A stretch of 64,000 nucleotides of DNA, taken from positions 2,368,001 through 2,432,000 of the forward strand of contig CBDFMQ010000002.1 of the NCBI GenBank assembly GCA_965249725.1. The letters are read 5' to 3'. A program made the position numbers and the translations under genes. The notes beneath the pieces are model-generated. The model saw only the letters and a list, made by a program, of their open reading frames with translations. It was not told the origin of the DNA and did not search any database. The stretch is from Longimicrobiales bacterium (GTDB taxonomy: Bacteria > Gemmatimonadota > Gemmatimonadetes > Longimicrobiales > Gaopeijiaceae). Position 1 is the first letter of the stretch. The number at the start of each line of letters is the position of its first letter. Below, one piece after another: positions 61,605 through 64,000 of the stretch.

Positions 61605-62044
61605 CCGTCTTCGTCGACACGAATGTCCTCGTCTACGTTCGCGATCAGACGGAGCCCGACAAACAGCGCAAGGCGGCAGAGTGGATCGCCGCGCTTTGGG
61701 ACACCGGCCTGGGTAGGCTCAGCTATCAAGTGCTCCAGGAGTACTACGTCACTCTGACAGCCAAGCTCGACCTCAAGCGCCCCGTCACAGGGGTCCGAGA
61801 GGACGTCGCCGCGCTGCGGGCCTGGAACCCTGTCGGTGTTGACCACGCAACGATCGAGCGGGCCTGGGACGTTCAGGATCGTTACGGCTATTCGTGGTGG
61901 GATGCATTAATCGTGGCCGCTGCGCTCCAAGCCGGATGCCGCTATCTGCTGACCGAGGATCTCCAGCCTGGCCAGGCGATCGAAACCGCGACCGTGATCA
62001 GTCCCTTCGAACGTGATCCCGACGAGATCTTGTCGTCCCTCTGA
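61601..62044 (+). CDS. PIN-domain (VapC-like) toxin
   Basis: FVDTNVLVY, QVLQEYY, SWWDALIVAAA, LLTEDL. Confidence 0.92.
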   Translation: MTVFVDTNVLVYVRDQTEPDKQRKAAEWIAALWDTGLGRLSYQVLQEYYVTLTAKLDLKRPVTGVREDVAALRAWNPVGVDHATIERAWDVQDRYGYSWWDALIVAAALQAGCRYLLTEDLQPGQAIETATVISPFERDPDEILSSL

Positions 62045-62076
62045 TCGTCAGGAGAGTGCCGGGGGCCCCATGTTCG

Positions 62077-64000
62077 TCACGACACCGGCACCTTCTTCCG
62101 GTACTTCTCGAACCACGCCTGCAGGTAGAGCTGATTCAAGATCCGGTGCGACGGCCGTCGCCACCCATGGAACTCCTCCGGCATGCGAATCAACAGCGTC
62201 TCCTTGCCCTGCATCTTCAGCGCCCGGAAGAACTCCTCGCTCTGACCCATGGGGGTGCGTAAGTCCCGCTCGCCGGTCATGAGCAGCACCGGCGTCTCCA
62301 CATTGCCCACCGAGGCGATCGGTGAGCGCTCGTACCAGTCCAGCGGGTCCTCCCAGTGCGGCTTCATGAACCAGCTGTACTTGTCCGTAGGATCGTCGGC
62401 GGTGCCCGCCGCGGAGATGTAGTTGACGATGGGCCGCATGGCCGCGGCGGCCTGGAAGCGGTGCGTCTGCCCCACGATGTAAGACGTCAGGATCCCTCCC
62501 CCACTGCCTCCCAGCACGAACAGGTTGTCGGTGTCGATGAAGCCCTCGGCAATGGCGGCGTCCACCCCCGCCATCAGGTCGTCGTAGTCCTTCCCGCGAT
62601 AGGAGTGCTTGATGCCGTCTACGAAGGCCTTCCCGTATCCGGTGCTGCCCCGCGGGTTCATGAAGAACACGGCGTATCCTTGTGCGGCGAAGTTCTGCCA
62701 GGCCCAGTTCCACTGAACGGAATACATCGAGTACGGTCCGCCGTGGATCCAAAGGAGGAGCGGGTACTTCCGAGTGGGATCGAACTCGGCGGGCTTCATG
62801 AGCCAGCCCTGTAGATCCAGGCCGTCGGGCGACTCGAACAGCAACTCGTCGACCTGGCCGAGGCGCACCCCGTCCAGCACGTCCGCGTTGACGTCGGCCA
62901 ACGCGCTCATCGCAGAGGCGGTCGTCGTCGCGGACACCCCCATCGGGAACGTCACCAGATAGCCTGGCCGATCGGAAGTGGATCGCACCGCCGCGGCCTG
63001 TCCGTTCGCAGCCAGTGTGAGCTGCGAGAGCACGTGGTTCCCCGTTGTGACAGGACGACGCTCACCGTCGCGCGACACGAAGTAGACGTTCGCCACGCCA
63101 CGCTCGGACATCAGGTAGTAGACTCCCGAGTTGTCCGGGGCCCAAACCACGCTCCGCACCGAGTTCGGAAGGTCGCCCGCCAGCAGGCGCTTCCTCCCGC
63201 CACTGCTGTCCATCAGATAGAGACTCGAGATGTTGCCGTCGGCATAGTCCTGGTCGTCGAACCCGGTGTAGGCGATCCATTCCCCGTCGGGGGAGAGCTG
63301 CATGCCCCGATCGGGGCCCTGGCGGTCGGTGAGCTGCTCGATGTCCCCAGAGCGTAGGTCCATCGAGTAGATCTCCGACTCGTTGATCTCCAGCTCGACC
63401 TCGGACCACGGCTCCAGCCAGGCGACGAAGTAGAGCCTCTCACCATCCCGGGACCAATGGACCTCGGCCGCAAACCCGCGCGGATCGTTGTAGCTGTGGC
63501 CCTCGGTAGTGACCTGGCGGGGAGTACCTCCCGCCACCGCGTCCAATGTGAACAGATGGATCTCGCCACGGGGCAGATCCCCCCTGCCGTCGTATCCGAA
63601 GATGATCCGGTCGATCACCTTGGCGGGCGGAGCGAGCTTGGCCCCTCGGGGGAACTCCGGAAGCTCGACCGGCAGGATCGGGGTCGTCTCAGGCACCCTC
63701 ATGCCGAACACCAGCGTCTTGCCGTCGGGCGACCAGTGCAGGGCGTGCGGCGTCTGCTCCAGGTGCGTGAGCTGCGTCGTCTCGCCCGTATCCAACCAGA
63801 GCACGTGGATCTGGCTCGAACCGTCGCGGTCCGACAGGAACACGATGCGCTGCCCGTCGGGAGACCAGACCGGCGACGAGTCGCTCCACGTGCCTCGGGT
63901 CAACTGACGCACACGCGATCCGTCGGCTTCGGCGATCCAGAGGTTGCTGCGGGTGCGGTCCTCCATCTTGTCGACCCACCCGCGCGTGAAGATCACGTGG
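62077..64000 (-). CDS. S9 family peptidase (5' end outside window)
   Basis: WSPDG propeller repeats, IHGGP, NPRGSTGYG, GGSGGG nucleophile motif, DLRTP, FHG. Confidence 0.93.
   Translation of the reverse strand, partial: HVIFTRGWVDKMEDRTRSNLWIAEADGSRVRQLTRGTWSDSSPVWSPDGQRIVFLSDRDGSSQIHVLWLDTGETTQLTHLEQTPHALHWSPDGKTLVFGMRVPETTPILPVELPEFPRGAKLAPPAKVIDRIIFGYDGRGDLPRGEIHLFTLDAVAGGTPRQVTTEGHSYNDPRGFAAEVHWSRDGERLYFVAWLEPWSEVELEINESEIYSMDLRSGDIEQLTDRQGPDRGMQLSPDGEWIAYTGFDDQDYADGNISSLYLMDSSGGRKRLLAGDLPNSVRSVVWAPDNSGVYYLMSERGVANVYFVSRDGERRPVTTGNHVLSQLTLAANGQAAAVRSTSDRPGYLVTFPMGVSATTTASAMSALADVNADVLDGVRLGQVDELLFESPDGLDLQGWLMKPAEFDPTRKYPLLLWIHGGPYSMYSVQWNWAWQNFAAQGYAVFFMNPRGSTGYGKAFVDGIKHSYRGKDYDDLMAGVDAAIAEGFIDTDNLFVLGGSGGGILTSYIVGQTHRFQAAAAMRPIVNYISAAGTADDPTDKYSWFMKPHWEDPLDWYERSPIASVGNVETPVLLMTGERDLRTPMGQSEEFFRALKMQGKETLLIRMPEEFHGWRRPSHRILNQLYLQAWFEKYRKKVPVS

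Overview
High-GC bacterial chromosomal segment. Gene content and order (tamA/tamB, lgt, tsaD, YbbR, PASTA, rsmB, thiGSE, fmt, def, yajC, tgt; queA, ruvBAC, yebC, EF-G2; PadR plus duplicated permease; two DUF5916 proteins; Hanks kinase) suggest Gemmatimonadota or a related lineage (inference). Two minus-strand housekeeping blocks (1-15009 and 44429-51878) look like halves of the widely conserved yebC-ruvCAB-queA-tgt-yajC gene string. They are split by about 29.4 kb of accessory DNA whose ends carry a 6-bp direct repeat exactly at the queA stop and the tgt start. That block holds a minor-pilin/PilC cassette behind an OprF-like OmpA, two DUF5916 outer-membrane proteins, BioY, a beta-propeller/TraB-like fusion lipoprotein, a TetR-controlled redox-stress-like cluster with two identical operators, an orphan HigA preceded by only the last codons of higB, PadR plus permease, a Ser/Thr kinase and a PQQ dehydrogenase. 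The right end (52-64 kb) holds secreted hydrolases (PHP, sulfatase, PhoD, S9), two VapBC-type modules and a small ABC operon. Four accessory genes have single-base frameshifts and one pilin leader is interrupted; these may be real decay or consensus errors. I found no rRNA, tRNA, CRISPR array, integrase or transposase. All family calls are from motif recognition, not database searches.
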